A stretch of DNA of 64,000 nucleotides, from contig OX337232.1 of NCBI GenBank assembly GCA_946965045.2, positions 1,984,001 through 2,048,000 of the forward strand. Reading direction: 5' to 3'. Under the pieces are notes generated by a model, which had not been told where the DNA came from, did not search any database, and saw nothing but the letters and a program-made list of their open reading frames with translations. This document shows, one piece after another, positions 41,866 to 56,682 of the stretch (the first letter of the stretch is position 1; each line of letters begins with the position of its first letter). Made by a program: the position numbers and the translations under genes. The stretch comes from Epithemia pelagica. Lineage: Eukaryota; Protista; Bacillariophyta.

Positions 41866-44800
41866 CTACACCAGAATCGGGGTCATGGTAATGTTGTCAA
41901 CAAACAAATCCCAATCGGAGTCAAAGCCTCGGAAACCGAACAAGAAATTGCTCCCGAGTGCCATGTCGTCGGAGATAGCAACAACACTCTCAAACATGTT
42001 GAACTCCTCGGGTACCCAAGTTGCATTGGTATTTGTCATGAAGAATCGCTCTTCGAATCTTTGTTCCGTTGCAGACACAGACGAAAGGCGGACGGATGGA
42101 CATCCAGCTTCAGCGACACTTGTTCGAGAAGGATCACAATCAAAGAAGCTTTCCTTTGAGCGTGACCAAAGTTTCATCTGTGCGGAGACTTTCCATTTGG
42201 ATCCCACGGCAAGGCAACGACCGTCAACCCGCTGATAGAGGCCATCCATCGGATGCTCCCTGTTCATCAACTGTAACACACTATTCTCATCATTTTTCGA
42301 AACTCGGATCTTAGTCATCTCGCTTTTCGATGTCGATCGCCAGAAACGCGCTGTTTGTCCCCATTCACCATCACCATTGAGAATGAGCTGCCCACAGTTC
42401 ATGTCAAGAGGGGAAACTGAAACTTCGTCTATCATGACTATCATGTCCTTCCCTGGTCCGTCGATGAAAAGAACGCTTTGGTCGGCAAGTTCGTCTTCTT
42501 TGGTAGCGTGGAACACATCCGAGATAGTCATCCACCCATCATTTGTCAAGCCGTAGTCAGTGCTGGCAATGAAACCGTATGGATGGGGGAAGGACGTCTC
42601 ACTCGAATGGCCGTAGTTGAAGTAAGCTCGAAGTTTCATTCGAGGACAAGAAGACTCTCCAGACACCCTCGCTGGGTTGCACTCATATAGCGTTCCATCA
42701 GAGTTCAGAACTTGTACTTTTGCCGTAGCAAGATAGCGATCTCCCTCTATCATGCAACCAGTCGTGATTCGCTGAGTAACTGCAGAGAAAGCGTTTCGAC
42801 GGTCGAAATGGACGAGTGCCGAGCTGACACCATTCGTGGAAACAAGGTCAAGCGCACCTTGCTCATGATCCCAAAAAGCAGTGCTGTTCTCAGAGAAGTC
42901 CCCGTTGAACACAAGTTCTGAGCAATCGCGATCAATTTGGGTCATGGATACATCGTCGAGGAACAAAGTCTTCCCTTGAGGTCGGCGATCCACGTACACA
43001 ACAACTCGCGTAGCTTCGGCCAACGCCGCATCAACTGTGACTATTCCTTCCATTAGGTTCCACCCATTTTCCACGAACGGGCGTGCGAAGGATGTGGCCA
43101 CTGCAACAACCGATTCCGCAAAAGAAGCCCCAGTGTTGTCTTCTTGAGTCATCATTCGAAGTCGTAGACGAGGGCAACTAAAACTTCCATCGTCGCATGA
43201 AATTGCATGTCCATCCTCTTCGAGGTAGACCCAAGCTTGAATGCGATAGGCTTCTCCCTCCGTCAAGCACCGCACATCAACATACTGTCCGAGAGCAGCG
43301 TACGGGGAGTGTTGATCGATCTCCGTAATCGCATTTGATCCCATTCGCCCACGCCCTGGGGCGAGTTGAAGCATGGAACCATACTGGAGCCAGTGAGGAG
43401 CAGAAGAAGGAGATTGCTCCATATCGCCGTTTCGAATCAGTTGCGCACACTCTCCCTCTTCAAGAGGAGGGATTTCCAACTCGACATCGCTGGTGTCAAA
43501 GCTATCTTCACAGAGAGACGGTTCGAACAGAGTTTCCACAAAGGTGGGCCAGTGCTTCGCACCCGTGGAATTGTTTATAAACATGGCCTTGTATTGTCCA
43601 GTGGGAAGAGGAGCTGTGAAATATCGAAGAAAACCAACGTCCGTCATTGCTCGTTCGTGTCGTTCGAAGTTCTCGTTGATAAGGATGTCCCGTCCCCCTT
43701 TGTAGTCATACTCATGATTGCCTGGGATGGTTCGAATCCTCAAAACAAGATCATCGATCTGACCTGGATCGACGGCAAATGTCACAGAGCGGAGGCATGT
43801 GTCTTCACAGTAAAGGTAGCCTCGATCCTGGAATGAAGTACAACGATCGACGTCCACAAAGGCCTTGACTTCTGGAGAATTAGCGATGACTGTGGATGTT
43901 CCTTTTGCTTTGCTCGATGGAGGCTTCATGCTGCTGTCCAGATCGACGAGGTACACTCCGTTAAATGAGTTGTTCAAGGCCTGATTAAAATCGAAGAGGA
44001 AAGGGAAGTCGCTGTTCTTGATTGTCACCCCTTCAAAGGTTGTCCAGTAGTTGAAGTTACCAGTCCATGGGTCATCACCGTCTCGATCAATCTCAACAAG
44101 CGCGGTATGCTCACTGACAGACGTTTCATGGAAGCCTTCGAACACAATGTTTTTGACCGTCAATCCTTTCTTGGACGGATTTCGGGCAAAGGGGTGCAAC
44201 TCCAGACCCACAATCCTGTCTTGATGATACGCTTTGACACCCTGGGCATCAACAATCTCGCGGTAGCGATCAGTACTTCCGATAATACGAGTGGCATTCA
44301 GAAGAATTGTGCCCGATCGATCCATATCGGCTTGATTCCGATTGTCGGCGAAAACACCGCCTTGAACGACTGAGTTCACAACATTTCGGAAGAAAATACC
44401 ATCAAGTCGATTCTTGTAGGACATAAAGTTATCGAATATGGCAGTCTCTGAAGGAAGAAGTCCATGTGGATACATTTCTGAAATGACAGTAACAGAATCC
44501 GCAAGTTAGAATCTGTTCTCATATCCACAATTGCGCTGGGAAACCATCATCTGTGTAGGAATACTTACTTAGCCCATGTCGAAAGTTGCTGTGAGCGATG
44601 TTGTCCGCAAATTTCGTCAACGGAAGCCTTCTGGGATTCATGTCATGCGAAAGCTCCATCAAGGCGGTGGGGAGTTTCACATGATCAAGCAACTCAAGCC
44701 AGTAGCCGTTGGCCTCAGAACCAGCAGCCACATTTCCCACCCATTCGTTCTGGGGATTGGAACTCCAAAAGGTGGATGGATTGGTGTTATCAGTCTCACC

Positions 44801-47515
44801 CTCTCGCACAACACGGCTGGCCCGCTTGGTGTTGCTGCCAAGGTTGCGGATGAATTTATTATTAATTTCTCCCCCATCTTCGGTAATGAAACAATGGCCA
44901 AATGTGTCGTATGCAACGTTTCCCTCTATCGTTGCGTTGTAGGAGCCATGAATCACCACACACCGCTGGTTGGAACCCCGCACAGCATTCTTGGAAACAA
45001 CCGAATGTGAGTCCTTGCACAAGTGAAGATGAATGGGATAGCGTCCCAAATTGCCTTGTTGCCCAAAGTTAACAAACTCCACTCCTTCCACGTATTGGGA
45101 GACAGTAGGAGTCCGAAGGACCATGAAATGTCCACCAATCAACGGGTCGTCTTTATCCTCTGGTGCTTCAAAGCGTATATTTCGACTTAACAAGGCAACC
45201 TCGACTGGGAACAAGCCATCATCGTGTTGGGCTGTCACGGGAAGTATAATGAAATCGTCCAATTCAAGACGCACCATTCCATTCGTTCCTGGGATCGGAA
45301 CGGGTGGGTTCACCAATCGACGCACTTGGGACTCCTCCGTGTTGGTAGTGTGGGAAGTGATCACAATCTCGGCCCCTTCATCCCAACAGTCGGCAATACC
45401 TTCACCGGAAACCATAATGCCAGATTTAGCAGACTTGGCCATTTCAATATCGAAATCATCCACCAAGTAGTCAACCGTTGGAGCATTGACTGTTTCAAAC
45501 CAAAATCGGACCTTGTCAATATTGTTGGGGTCGATACTCTCAACAATCGAAAACTTGGATTCACACTGTTGCCAGTTCAACTGAGAGGGTGGACAGACAG
45601 CGGCAATATAGGAATGCGTATTGCCATCCAATAAGTTGATGCGATACTTGATGACAATTTTGATGGGCACGTCCTCGGACACGGCATAGACGCGAGCCGA
45701 AATATGGTAGCGGGCTCCCTTGGCAATGCAGTTGGGTGCATCCAGGTCATAGTACAAGGCATCAAAGTCATGTTTTCGCTGACTGAGACGAAACGCACGA
45801 TTGCCAGTGCTTGGCCAGGTCCGAATGGTCAATTGTCCACCAGTGGCTTGAAAAGGGTACGGATGAATCGCGCTGCCTTCCGCGTCTCCATTCATGACAA
45901 GGTTGCCCGCACACAAATTCTCCGGATCAGGAACCAGGGACACATGAGGGATCGTGAAGGTGACATTGTCCATATGAATATCGTAGCGTTTCGGGACTCC
46001 GCGTAGCATCAACAATTGATAGACATTGTTGGAATCCAATTCTTCTTCCGTAAAGGTCAAGGTGGCGTAGTAATTCTCCCAATGGTTGTTACGGTAAACA
46101 GCATTGTCCGTGCGGTGTCTCATGCGGCGGTGGACTCGTTTCCCATCGTCCAGCAATCTCGTGACAAAGGTCATATCGAGGCATCCAGCAACGTCACATG
46201 GCGTCAACTTGCCATTTTCTTCGAAAGGATCATGAAGACGAATCTTGGCACTGAATAAGTACTTCTGACCAGGAATCAGGCATTCTTGAAAGGAAACCAT
46301 ATCCAACGTCGGACCATGTTCGGCAACTGACTTGCGGTTGGTAATGGCGAAGGATCCATCCTGTACCTTGTATGTTGCTCCAAAACCACCCATCCAACTT
46401 CCCAAGTTGCTGTCGTCATCAAAGCTGTCTTGAACGTAGGGATCGTGAGCCCGGCAATACGGGTTGGTATGGTTCACTTCAACGGGGGGTAACGTGGTGA
46501 AGGACAGGTGATAGGGCTCTGAAGCTTCTGGAACGTTCACGACATCGTACAGATGCGTCCAAGTGTTACAAGTGGAGGGCAATCCATGTGCTTTGACAGA
46601 CCCCCCTGCTACTGTCACGGACCGAAAGCCAATATCACAGGTACCTGGTTCTCCCGTGGCCTCGTTTGGACAGACCCATTCGTTGTTGTGCGCGGGCAAA
46701 AAGCCAATATTCTGACGTTCGTCCTCCACTCCGGTACCAATAATAAACTTGATACTGGGTTCAGCGCCAACCTTGCCCGTGGATAGCATTTCCAAATGTC
46801 CTTGAACCAAAATAAACGGTGTCTGAATGGTCACGTTGTAACCGTCAGGGAAATATAGATGACCTTGAATATCCAATCCATGGTGAAGAACGAGGGTGGG
46901 ATCTTGCTTTGTGTCATCTTCTTGATTATTCTCGTGAAAGTAGTCCATCCACACACAGGTTCCACAGGGAATAACAACAGTCCCATTGCTCTGAGCGGCA
47001 GCTTGAGCAAATCCTGCCTGCATCCAGGTCGTATTGATAGTACAAGCCGGCATGTCACACTCCAAGGGCTTAAAGAAGGCATCTTGGGACGTCAAGGTAC
47101 GGCCAGTGGCACGATGATGAGTCGAAAGAAATCGGGTCGACTGTTCCGAAGTAGTTTCTTCCGAAACAATATCCAAGTACGATGGAACCACACGTGCGTA
47201 GTTTCCAAAGGGATGAATGTTCTTAAAGGTCGTCGTCTTGGAATGAAGGTCGGCATTCGACACCATCGGATCGGCTCGAGGGTTCATCCAATCCGCCCAG
47301 TGGGCTTCTTCTTCGTCGGTCTCCACTTTGGTGGGGAATTCCGTCAAGGCGTCATGAGGAGAGTCCAAATGCGTCACGGCATGGTTGGGACGCAATGCCG
47401 AGGCACGAAGGTTGCCAGAAAAGGCAGTAGTGGTGGTAGAAGGAACAGATCCAAGCAAGCCAAGAAGGGAAACAGCTTGGAGGGTGATGGTCTTGGTGGG
47501 ATACGGGTGAAGCAT
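41866..47515 (-). CDS. large secreted G8/parallel beta-helix (CEMIP/fibrocystin-like) protein with repeated CBM4/9-like domains; exons 47515-44569, 44477-41866
   Basis: Hydrophobic N-terminus. FGQQGNLGRYPIHLH, NQRCVVIHGS, GHCFITEDG and PSTFWSSNPQN beta-helix motifs. Repeated C..L(I/V).NGD modules. The 91-nt intron gives HGL-K-MYPHG. Confidence 0.75.
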
Positions 47516-48257
47516 GATGGAGTTTGTTGTTTGTTTTTCTGTTTTCGGTGGAATATGTATTTTTCTGTTTTTTTTCTGTAGGTTACTGGTCTGGAAGTGA
47601 AGGAGACAATGAATCGATCGAACGTGCAAAGATCAATGTGCTGGCAGAAGTATTTCTTTTTCGTTGTTGGTGATGTCTTCTCGTTGTTATCGTCGTGTGC
47701 TGCTGATGTCTTTTCCTCTCTCTCTATCTCTCTCTTAAACTTGCTAGTCTTTGTTTTTTATGAGAACATCGAGGAGGGAACCATTGGAGATGGTCTCCAG
47801 TTGGTGGGACTTCGATTCCTTTTTCCAAATCATCGTGGTTCGGTTGTTGGTTCTGTTTGATGGTCTCCAAGGATGAGTTTCACATGGTCAGTCTTACCGA
47901 GAGAAGATGAGTTGTGTCCTTCCTTTGAAAAAGTGGTGCATCGACGGGCGGGAGAGCGCAAGACGAGTCGGTCGCTGGCCCGCTCAAAATACAGTATTAT
48001 TCGCTCAAGAGTACAAATATAGATGCACTTCCTACACATTCCATCATACTGCGCGCACATACATCTCTCAACGCGCGCGCGACGGGACCGACAAACCAAC
48101 AGGACCAGGACCTCCTCACTGTATATTACAGATCCCCATGTCAAAATTACGGGAATGGCCAACCTTCGAGAGCTACACAAACAAACACCAGCGATGAGTA
48201 TAATAATAATGTCTCCCATAGAAATTCCCGTACATACTATTATTGATATCACGTCCA

Positions 48258-51200
48258 CTACTGTTTCACGTGCGATCCAAAGGTTGATTTCTCGAAGAGT
48301 CCACTCCAGAACGAGGACGAGATCCAATTGTAGTCATTGGAAGAAAGATACGACAAGGCGTCCTTGTGAAGCTCCCGAAACACGGCCTTGTCATGCATTG
48401 GTAACTCCCTGGACAAGTCAAATCGTTTCTGACGATCATTTTCTTCTTGTTTAAATGCAGAGTTGTGCGCCAAGAGCTGTTCTTGCGTATGCTGAACGTC
48501 GAACAGAGTTTCCAGATACTTGAGGTGTGCTTGCACGTCCCGTGACGTTGGATGAGAAGGAACCAGACGCCCCGTACACCCGTAGCGTAAGCAAGCGCCA
48601 CCCGCCACGGAAACTTGGCAAGTGGTTAGCTGGCAACTAGGTTCGTTGCACTGCAGTCGACCTTCGTAGTACTGATTAAGCAGTTTGTAGACCCAAATCC
48701 TGAGAGTATTCCTCATCCTTGCAAGGCATTCGAAATGACTCCCGTGGCCCCAAAGAGAAGGGTTAGGACAGTCTGCATTGGTGCACACGAGGCCAGATAC
48801 AATGGACTTCTCCCCGTTGGCCATTGGACGAACGATTCCAGGAAATTCCTGGCACGTTCGGCAACCGACACAGTACATGGTGAGCTTCTCCACGTCCTTG
48901 AATCGATCCTCGTCTGAGTCCAATGAAGCTGGCTTATATTCAATAAGCAATTCGTCCTCGGCTTGATCACCACCTGGGCTATCTCGGAAGTTGGATGAAT
49001 CCAATCCCAATTTCTCAGCGATTAACTTGTTCGAGATGACTTCAATTGGTTCGCAGAGACGAGAAACAGGAGGAAGGATCTGTTGCGCCAAGTACCAATC
49101 GACATCTGGCTTCAGTTTGCCATTAGAGCGATGCACTTCCTTCGGATGTCTTGCGCGATCCGCGTACGCGGTTTCCTTCTTGAAATTTCTCTCGCTTGTG
49201 GCAGCATTGTCAGTCAAAGGGGCCGTGATGATGTACGGAATGTAGTCTCCAGTGTTTACAAGCGTACCAGCCTGCAGCATTGCCTTGGCGACTTGAACAT
49301 GAGGTTGCGACTTGGCATCTGGATAATCGTTGGGGTGCTTGCTCAATCCTTTTGTGATTTCGTACTTTTCCAATGGAAGCTCACCATTCTTCATCTTGTT
49401 TCCAAGCTCTTCCAAGTGATTGTAAATGTTCGTGGCAATTGTTTCGCTGTCATTGCCAGAGAGAATCTGTTCTGTGACGAATTTACCAGTTTCTCTGGAT
49501 TGGACGCACCAATCACGACGTACAAGATCCAGACCCTTGAGCTCTTGCCCATACTTGACAATTGTTCCATCTTTGCCCATTTCGACAGTTTTCGCCGCAT
49601 ACTTCTTTTTCTTGAGCAGCAACATGGAACGGAATATGCCGTCAATCTCTAATTCAAGCGTCCGGTACAATTTGTTCACTTCCTTCTTGACTCGTTCCCC
49701 CAGCCGCGTCACCTCGGAAATATCCTTGGCTTCTTTGATGCGAGTATTGATCATGATGGAGTCCGTGTCACCATAAATTACATCAAGGCCGATGGCATTC
49801 TGGGCGAGATCAACTGTTTTCTGAAGAGTCTCTCGACCCATTGCTGTGACAAGAGCAGCAATGGGCTGTGCGTAAAACCTTGAGTTGGAGAACCCGAGGC
49901 ACCCATACATGGAGTTGGCCGTGAGCTTGAGAGCCTTTTGACGAATGTCAAGCTGTCGGAAAGAAACAAGGAGAGCAGATTAGAAATACGAAACTAGATC
50001 AAAAGTACACAGCCAGAGTGATACGTACCTCGACCATCTTATCTTCCCTTGTTTCTTGTTTGAGATGTTTTTTGACGGCCCGACGGCGTTCGACAAGATT
50101 TCGAATGACTTTGGGGAGGACGCCAACTTGCACCGAAGTATCCGGAAGGGGTGGCAATGCCGCATTCGTCTTGTCCGAAGCATCTTGTCCCTCGGCGGCC
50201 ACGGCAAATTCCGCCCATTTGTCAATGGTGGTAAAGCACAAATTGTATTCTTGAATCAAGGACGGGTACAAACTGTTAAAGTCCAGCAACAGAATAAAGG
50301 AATCGTAAAAGCCGCGCTTGGGGTCCAGGACCAGTCCACCACTATACTTGGCCTTGCGGGTCAGACTTTTGCTTCGTCGCTTCTCGGGAACCAAGTATTT
50401 GCGTTTGTGAAACTCATGCAACAGCAGATACTCGGTCCGCTCGGCTCGGTTACTTTTCAAGGTGTGGGACCAAATATTTCCGGCAATGGTGGTCAATTGG
50501 ACCGTCAGTGGAAGAATTTGCAGTTTGAACAAGAGTCTCTGGACCAGCTCGGCGTCCCACAAGGTGGTTTGCGCCAATTGGACGAGGGACTTGGCCGATG
50601 CGTACCAGGAGGGAATGTCAACGGGGAGAATTTCGGTGCGATTGGTCTTGAGACAGGTGGCCGCCAAGTTGGTGAGCGAGTAGGTGGTTTCATTGTTCAA
50701 GAGTTCCTGGGCACTCAGGTAGGTATCGCAGAGCAATCGTCCTTTCATGACATCGGCAATGTACATGTCCTTGTGGGCCGTCAGAGATCTCTTTTGGACG
50801 AGTTCCGCTCGTTTTCGACGACCCAACTTGGACCATTCCATATTCATTTTGAGTTCGCCGGCCCGACTCAGGAGGACTTCAATATCGTATCCCCACGCAT
50901 TGTGCCCCACAATCACGTCGGGATCCCATTCGCCAATTTGGCAAAAGAGACGGGTGAGCAATTCCCGTTCACTGGCCACGGCAATGAGCTGCGGCATGGT
51001 GGCACGAACTTCGCGGTCAAAGTAACGAGGAAAACTGGCGGCCCCATTTCGGCTCTTGTCCTGCGAGAGCGGTCGAATGAGCGAGAGTTGTGTCATGTAT
51101 CGGGGGGAGGACAAGTCGTCCGCCGTGGCACTGTCCAGAGGCACGTTGCGGTGACAAATGGCCGAGACGGAAACAACTTCGGATTTGTGTGTTTGTGGGT

Positions 51201-53253
51201 GGACGACGGTCTTGAGTTTGAGCGTCATGGTGACCATGGGAGGTGGTCGTCGGCGATGGACGGCATCGTCTAGCAGAGGCTTGATTTGTTTGGGACTGCC
51301 CACTTGCAATTCCACCCTGGCGTGCGACAGTCCCGCACGGGTACAGGTGGTGGGGTTGGTGATGCGAATCCACGAGGGACCCATGAGTTTGCGCTTGACA
51401 ATAAAGGTTTCGATATTCGAGGCTCCGGCTCCCAAAATGCGGGCAAAGTGCCGGCCTCCCTGCGTGCAAATGGTTTCGCTGGGCACGGGATACTTGGCAT
51501 CGTAGGCCACCTTGAGGTAACTCGTGTTCTCGTCGCGGGGAATGGAGGGATCGTCAAAGGCATAATTGCGCAACACCTCCTTGCCATACCATCCAACGCC
51601 CACGGTTCGGGGAAGAATGTCGCCCCGTTCTTGGAGGACCGTGCCCATTTCTTCGTACACGTCTTCCATTTTGGCATGGGGTCGAGGCAGAACAAAGAGA
51701 TTGCGCAAATGACCCGTGACCCAGACCATGGCACTGACAAAACCATTCTTGTGAGGAACCTTTCCAAACAAGAGAATATCGCCATTGCGTTCCGTAATGT
51801 CCATCCAAAACAGGTCGACATGGGGAGGTGTGGGGGAGGAGGAGGATCCGTCGGAGGTGGTGTCGGGAACGACCAGGACGTCCTTCAGTGACACTTGCCC
51901 GGCCGCGGAAGATGGTTGTTTGGCAGTGGCAATGTGAGAAGGTTTCACCAACAAGGAATTGGCAAGGGCTGGACCTTGAGTCTTTGGCGGAGCTGGAGTT
52001 GGCTGTTGTTTCTGCTGCTGCTGCTCTTGTTGTTGTTGCTGCTGTTTCTTTTCTTGCTCTTGTTGCAACGCCTTTTGCGCGGCTCCCGACAGCTGTCCGA
52101 GTTTGTTGCGACTGCGACGAGGAGGAGGAGGAGCGGCCGTACTCGACAACGCCGACGTCGCCGGTGGTGGATCCTGGTCCCCTCCGCCACTCGAGGCCGA
52201 GTGCGCCGCCGTGGGCGACTCGTGCGAGGCCGCGTACTGTTCCAATTGCTCGGCAAAGTTGACCCGCTTGTGGGACGACGACGAAGGAGATGTGGAACTT
52301 GTTGTTTGGGAGGAGGAGGTGGAACGCAACAAGGAACTGGACGGGGGAGGAGCCGACTCGAGGGGCGTATGAGGGGCATTGGCCGGAGGAGTGGTGTCGT
52401 CGTCGTCTTGCGGTGGCTGAGTCGGAGAGGCTGAGGGCGTGGCATGGCCCTGAGGATCGTCGTTGTCGTCGTAATCCTGTGGAGGAGCAAAGTTATTCAT
52501 GTCGTCGTCCTCGTCGGCAGTGGGTGGTAGGTAGTCTTGGTCCGGAAATCCCTCCTCCTCCTCCGCATGGGTGTGGGGGGTCGGTCCTCGTGGTGCCACG
52601 GGTCGCGCCGCTGCCGCCGCCATGGTTCGGCGAGACGAAGGGGCCGTACTCCAACGTCGGTTCGAGCCATGCGACATGCGAGACGACGAAACGGAGGAGG
52701 AGGAAAAGTTGGTGGGTTCGTCCAATTCTTTGAGGAGTTCGTCGACATTGGGAGGGGCCGGGGCAAAGGTGCTTCGAGCCTGTGGTCGTCGTCCACTGCT
52801 ACTGGCGGTGGTGGAGGACTTGCTCGATGCGGCCGTGGCGGCCGGTCCCCAAAAGTCATAAATCTTGCCATTCTTACCACTACTTTTGGTGGACCCCTCG
52901 TCTCCTCCGTGCGTGGCCGCGGCGCGATGGTTCTGGCGGGCCTTTTTCAAGGCCCGTGCCGTCAAGGCGGCCGTTGAGTTGTTGGTCGACTTGCGTTTCT
53001 TGGCGGCGTCCTTCGGGTCGTCCGCTTCTCCGCCATAATGTTCTTCTCCGTCATCGTAGTAGCCCAATCCATCATCATCCACGACAAAGTCTTCTCGTTC
53101 GCGTCGGGCCTCCACGACGGCCGCATAGTCTTGTTCCGTCACGTAATCAAACAAATCGTCGTCCGGTTCTTCGTCCACGTCCAAGGCCGATCGGCCCTCA
53201 TGGCGATGGTTCTTGTAGCGCGCCAAGGCAATCTTGCGTCGCGACGATGACAT
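48258..53253 (-). CDS. POLA1: DNA polymerase alpha catalytic subunit; exons 53253-50029, 49952-48258
   Basis: DFVVDDDGLGYYDDG N-terminal motif, LLDFNSLYPSLIQEYN, KLTANSMYG (after splicing), YGDTDSIM and C-terminal Zn fingers. Confidence 0.95.
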
Positions 53254-53867
53254 GGTGATGGTGGTACAAGTGGTTGGTTCCAGCTTGTGACAACTGAGAA
53301 AAAGTTGCACCCGAGACGAACTGGCGGCGCGCCCCAGCCGGCGTGGCAGAGCAGGCGCGAGCGCGGGCTTTTGGAAAAGGGCGCGATCTGTGTGTTTGCT
53401 TGTCTGTCTGTCCGACCTGCCATGGTTTCCGTCCACGACGTGTTCCCGCGGCGGCAGTCCCTCTCGCCGAAAGCAAAGGGTCGCTGCGCGCTGCCAATGA
53501 TCGGATAATCCTTCACACATTCTTCATCCTTGTGTTGCTCTTTTGTTGCTGTTGTGTTTTGTGTTGTCGACACCATCCAGCAGTCTGTGCTTTCACCACT
53601 CGAGACGACCGGACGACACCGACGACGACCCAAAGAACCGACGTGTCTGATTTGTTGCGCTTCTTGGAGCATTGGCTTCGGAGAAAGACCCACGAGAAGA
53701 GCCCCAGCAAGCGATTCCTTCTCCTCTGTGTCTGTGTGGGAGTTTGAAGCTTTGTGTGGTCTTGTTCCGAGTGTCGACTTCATCCAGACCCGATCACTTC
53801 TCGGCCACCATCCTGTTTTGTTTCAGTGATATATAGAAAAGCAAGTCACCTACCTATCAGTATCAGT

Positions 53868-56343
53868 ATGGATCGCAACTTGTTGGCTCGTGCGACGGAA
53901 GGGACGGATGCTCCGACGCCGGGCTATTTGTATGTGGACTTGACCAAGGCGGTCACGGCCAATCCGACAGCCTGTGCCGAAATGGCCCAATACTTGTGCC
54001 GCAAATTGCAAAACAAGCAAAATCCCAATGTCAAGGCCAAATGCTGCAAGGTGATTGCCAAATTGGCCGAACAAGTGCCGCGCAATCAATTCCGACGATG
54101 CATTGCCCAAGATGCGCAGGCCGTGGCGACCATTAAAGAAACGATCAACTTCCGGGGACCCATGGATCCCGTTCAAGGCGATGCCAAAAATGAACGCGTG
54201 CGGGCTGCGGCCCGAGAAGCCTTGGATGCGATCTACAAGGAATCGCCCAGTTCCGAACAACCAACACTGGCGGCACCCATGCATGGCATGTCGGCCTCGT
54301 ATGGATCGTCGCCCCATGCCGCGGCGGGTGGGTACAGTGGCGGTGGCGGCGCTGGTTATGCGGGTGGTGGTACTGGCAGCACTGAGATGCCCGGAAGTCG
54401 TCGCATGGAAGGCATTGGAAATCCCATGTACTCGGATCCTCGGATGGATCCGCGCTACAACAATGGTGGCAAAACAACCTTTCAAGAAACCATGCGAGAA
54501 GCAGGAGAAGTGGTCCGAGGTATGATTATGGATCCCTTGGCACGCAATGTGGGTCAACCACCCACGACTGTCCCAAATCGAGGACATTCGGGAAATTTGC
54601 CCGGCTATGGACCTTCGGTACGTACAGTTCCCAAACTATTTTTGGAACAACCTAGTAGAACCGAGGACTCATTTCTCACTTTCCCCGTTTGCCTTTGAAT
54701 TTGATGCGTGCAATTTGCTCTCTTGTTAAATTTTTGTATAGTATGGACAGGGAGCTCCACCCGGTGCCTCGGAGTTGAGCCGACAAACGGGTGGACAATG
54801 GACCATGGCGTCCAATCGAGGTCCGGGAGCTGTGGGTGGTGGTGGTGGACCCACGACGAGTGAATACCATAAGGAACGCGATACCGGATTTAACAGTTGG
54901 AAGGGATCCACCTCGGCCACCGCGGGAGTTCCCGGTGGATCCTGGGGATCCGTCGCCAGAGAACCAGCCTATGGGACTCCCAGTGTGCACGTGATTCCCA
55001 ATCCGGGTGCGGCGGCTCCGGCCACCACCGTCGGTGGATCCTCGGATGGATCGTATGAAAAGAATTTGATTTTGGAATTGTGTCCACCCGGTGGCGTCAA
55101 ACCCGTTCCTCCACCGGATAAATTGGCAGCCTTTGCCCGTTCCGTCTCGAGTTTGAATTCCGAATTGATTTGTCCGGCCCTCTTGGACTTTTTGGAAGAG
55201 GGACAGCCGTGGATCATTCGTGCCAAGGCCCTCTGTGTCATGGAAACGGCCATTCAAAATGGCATTGTGCCCGCCAATGGGACCAACCCCTACAAAACCT
55301 TTTTTCATGCTTGTGCCGGCGAGATTCAACCCTTGGCGACTCATCCACGAGCGGCCATTGCCGAACCGGCCAAACGCGTCTTGCTCCTCTTGGGACTTAC
55401 ACCGGGAACGGTACACGAGGCTCCGGTCGCAGCCGCCGCCGCGCCAGTGGCGGCGGCGCCCGTGGCGGCACCCAATTTGTTGGACTTTGAGGACGATGCC
55501 GCAGCAGCTGCTCCTCCGGCACAACCACCCTCACAGCCACCGCCACCGCCACCCACGGCAGCTCCTCCTGCTGCTCCAGCTGCGGCTGCGGGGAATAGCA
55601 GCATGTTTGGTGGAATGACCGTCAAGGGTGCTGCTGCTCCTCCGGCAGCCGCTCCACCTGCTCCCGTGGCTCCTCCAGCCGCACCGCCTGTTGCTGCCGC
55701 ACCACCAGCACCACCCGCGGGAGGCGGCTTGTTGGACTTTTCGGATCCCTTTGCTCCGGCAGCGTCGGGGGCCGCTGCGGCCGAATCCAACAATTCCAGT
55801 GCAACTACACCAGGTACTACTACCAGTATGTTTGGTGAACTCAGTATCAAGGAAGAGAAAAAGAAAGAAGACGAAACACCCGCTGCTGCACCCGAAGCTG
55901 CTCCCGCAGCATCCGGATCCGCATTTGGGTTCATCAACACTGCTGCGGCCGCTCCCGCGTCGGCTGCGGAACCCAAGAGCTTTGATCCATTGCAAAGTCT
56001 GGACGGTGGATCATCCTCATCATCCACGCAAGTTCCGACAGCAACGGCAACCAGTCCTCAGGGGATGCAAAAAATGATGATGTCCTTGTCAACCGAACAA
56101 ATGCAAGCCATGGCCTATCAACAAATGATGATGCAACAACAAATGCAACAAATGCAAATGGCTGCCATGATGGCACAACAGCAACGGGGAGGTATGCCAC
56201 CCCCAACCATGCCCATGCAGTTCCGGCAATCCAGTGGTAGTGGATCCTTTGCTGGGCCGTCAAAGTATCAACCCGCCAAGAAGGATGACAAAAAGTTTGA
56301 TTTCGTCAAGGATGCCATGGTATCGGCCGAAAAGAAAAAATAG
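53868..56343 (+). CDS. tepsin-like ENTH/VHS-domain AP-4 accessory protein; exons 53868-54617, 54742-56343
   Basis: ENTH-like N-terminus (RATEGTDAPTPGYLY...VKAKCCKVI). Second VHS-like region (ELCPPGGVKP...KALCVMETAI). Pro/Ala-rich tail with LLDF and FDF motifs. Confidence 0.75.
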
Positions 56344-56682
56344 GCATTCCCCCTACACTACTCTCTCAAGTCAATAGGACATTCTTTCATCATAACCAGG
56401 TTATCATAACTCTTATCACTCTTTCACAACCAACTCAATCTGATAACTGTCTCTTCATTTCTCTGGGAATAGAGTGGTGTAGATTTGTCCACCCATAGAT
56501 TTCGTTCACCAATGACTTAGATATAACGATTGATCGGCGACCGCGCGTGTGGCATCAGCATGCGCGCTTGGCATGAACTTTTGCCGCGCTCCGGATCTTT
56601 GACAGTGTCCATTGCCACCTTGATCAAGACAAGGAAAGAGAAAGGTCTGTGTTGCGATTAAAGGCGCCTTCCATCATAAAGA

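Noticed and set aside
50056-51273. 405-aa plus-strand ORF, and other long ORFs overlapping POLA1, the tepsin-like gene and the G8 gene
   Set aside because: These are antisense or alternate-frame shadows of GC-rich coding sequence with no motifs of their own.
14613-53253. Endogenous giant virus or Polinton (large intronless ORFs plus a family B polymerase)
   Set aside because: No capsid, packaging ATPase or protein-primed PolB was recognisable. The polymerase is a cellular Pol alpha with a spliceosomal intron.
53253-53868. Head-to-head POLA1/tepsin-like arrangement as a co-regulated pair
   Set aside because: Short divergent intergenic regions are routine in compact diatom genomes, and no functional link is evident.
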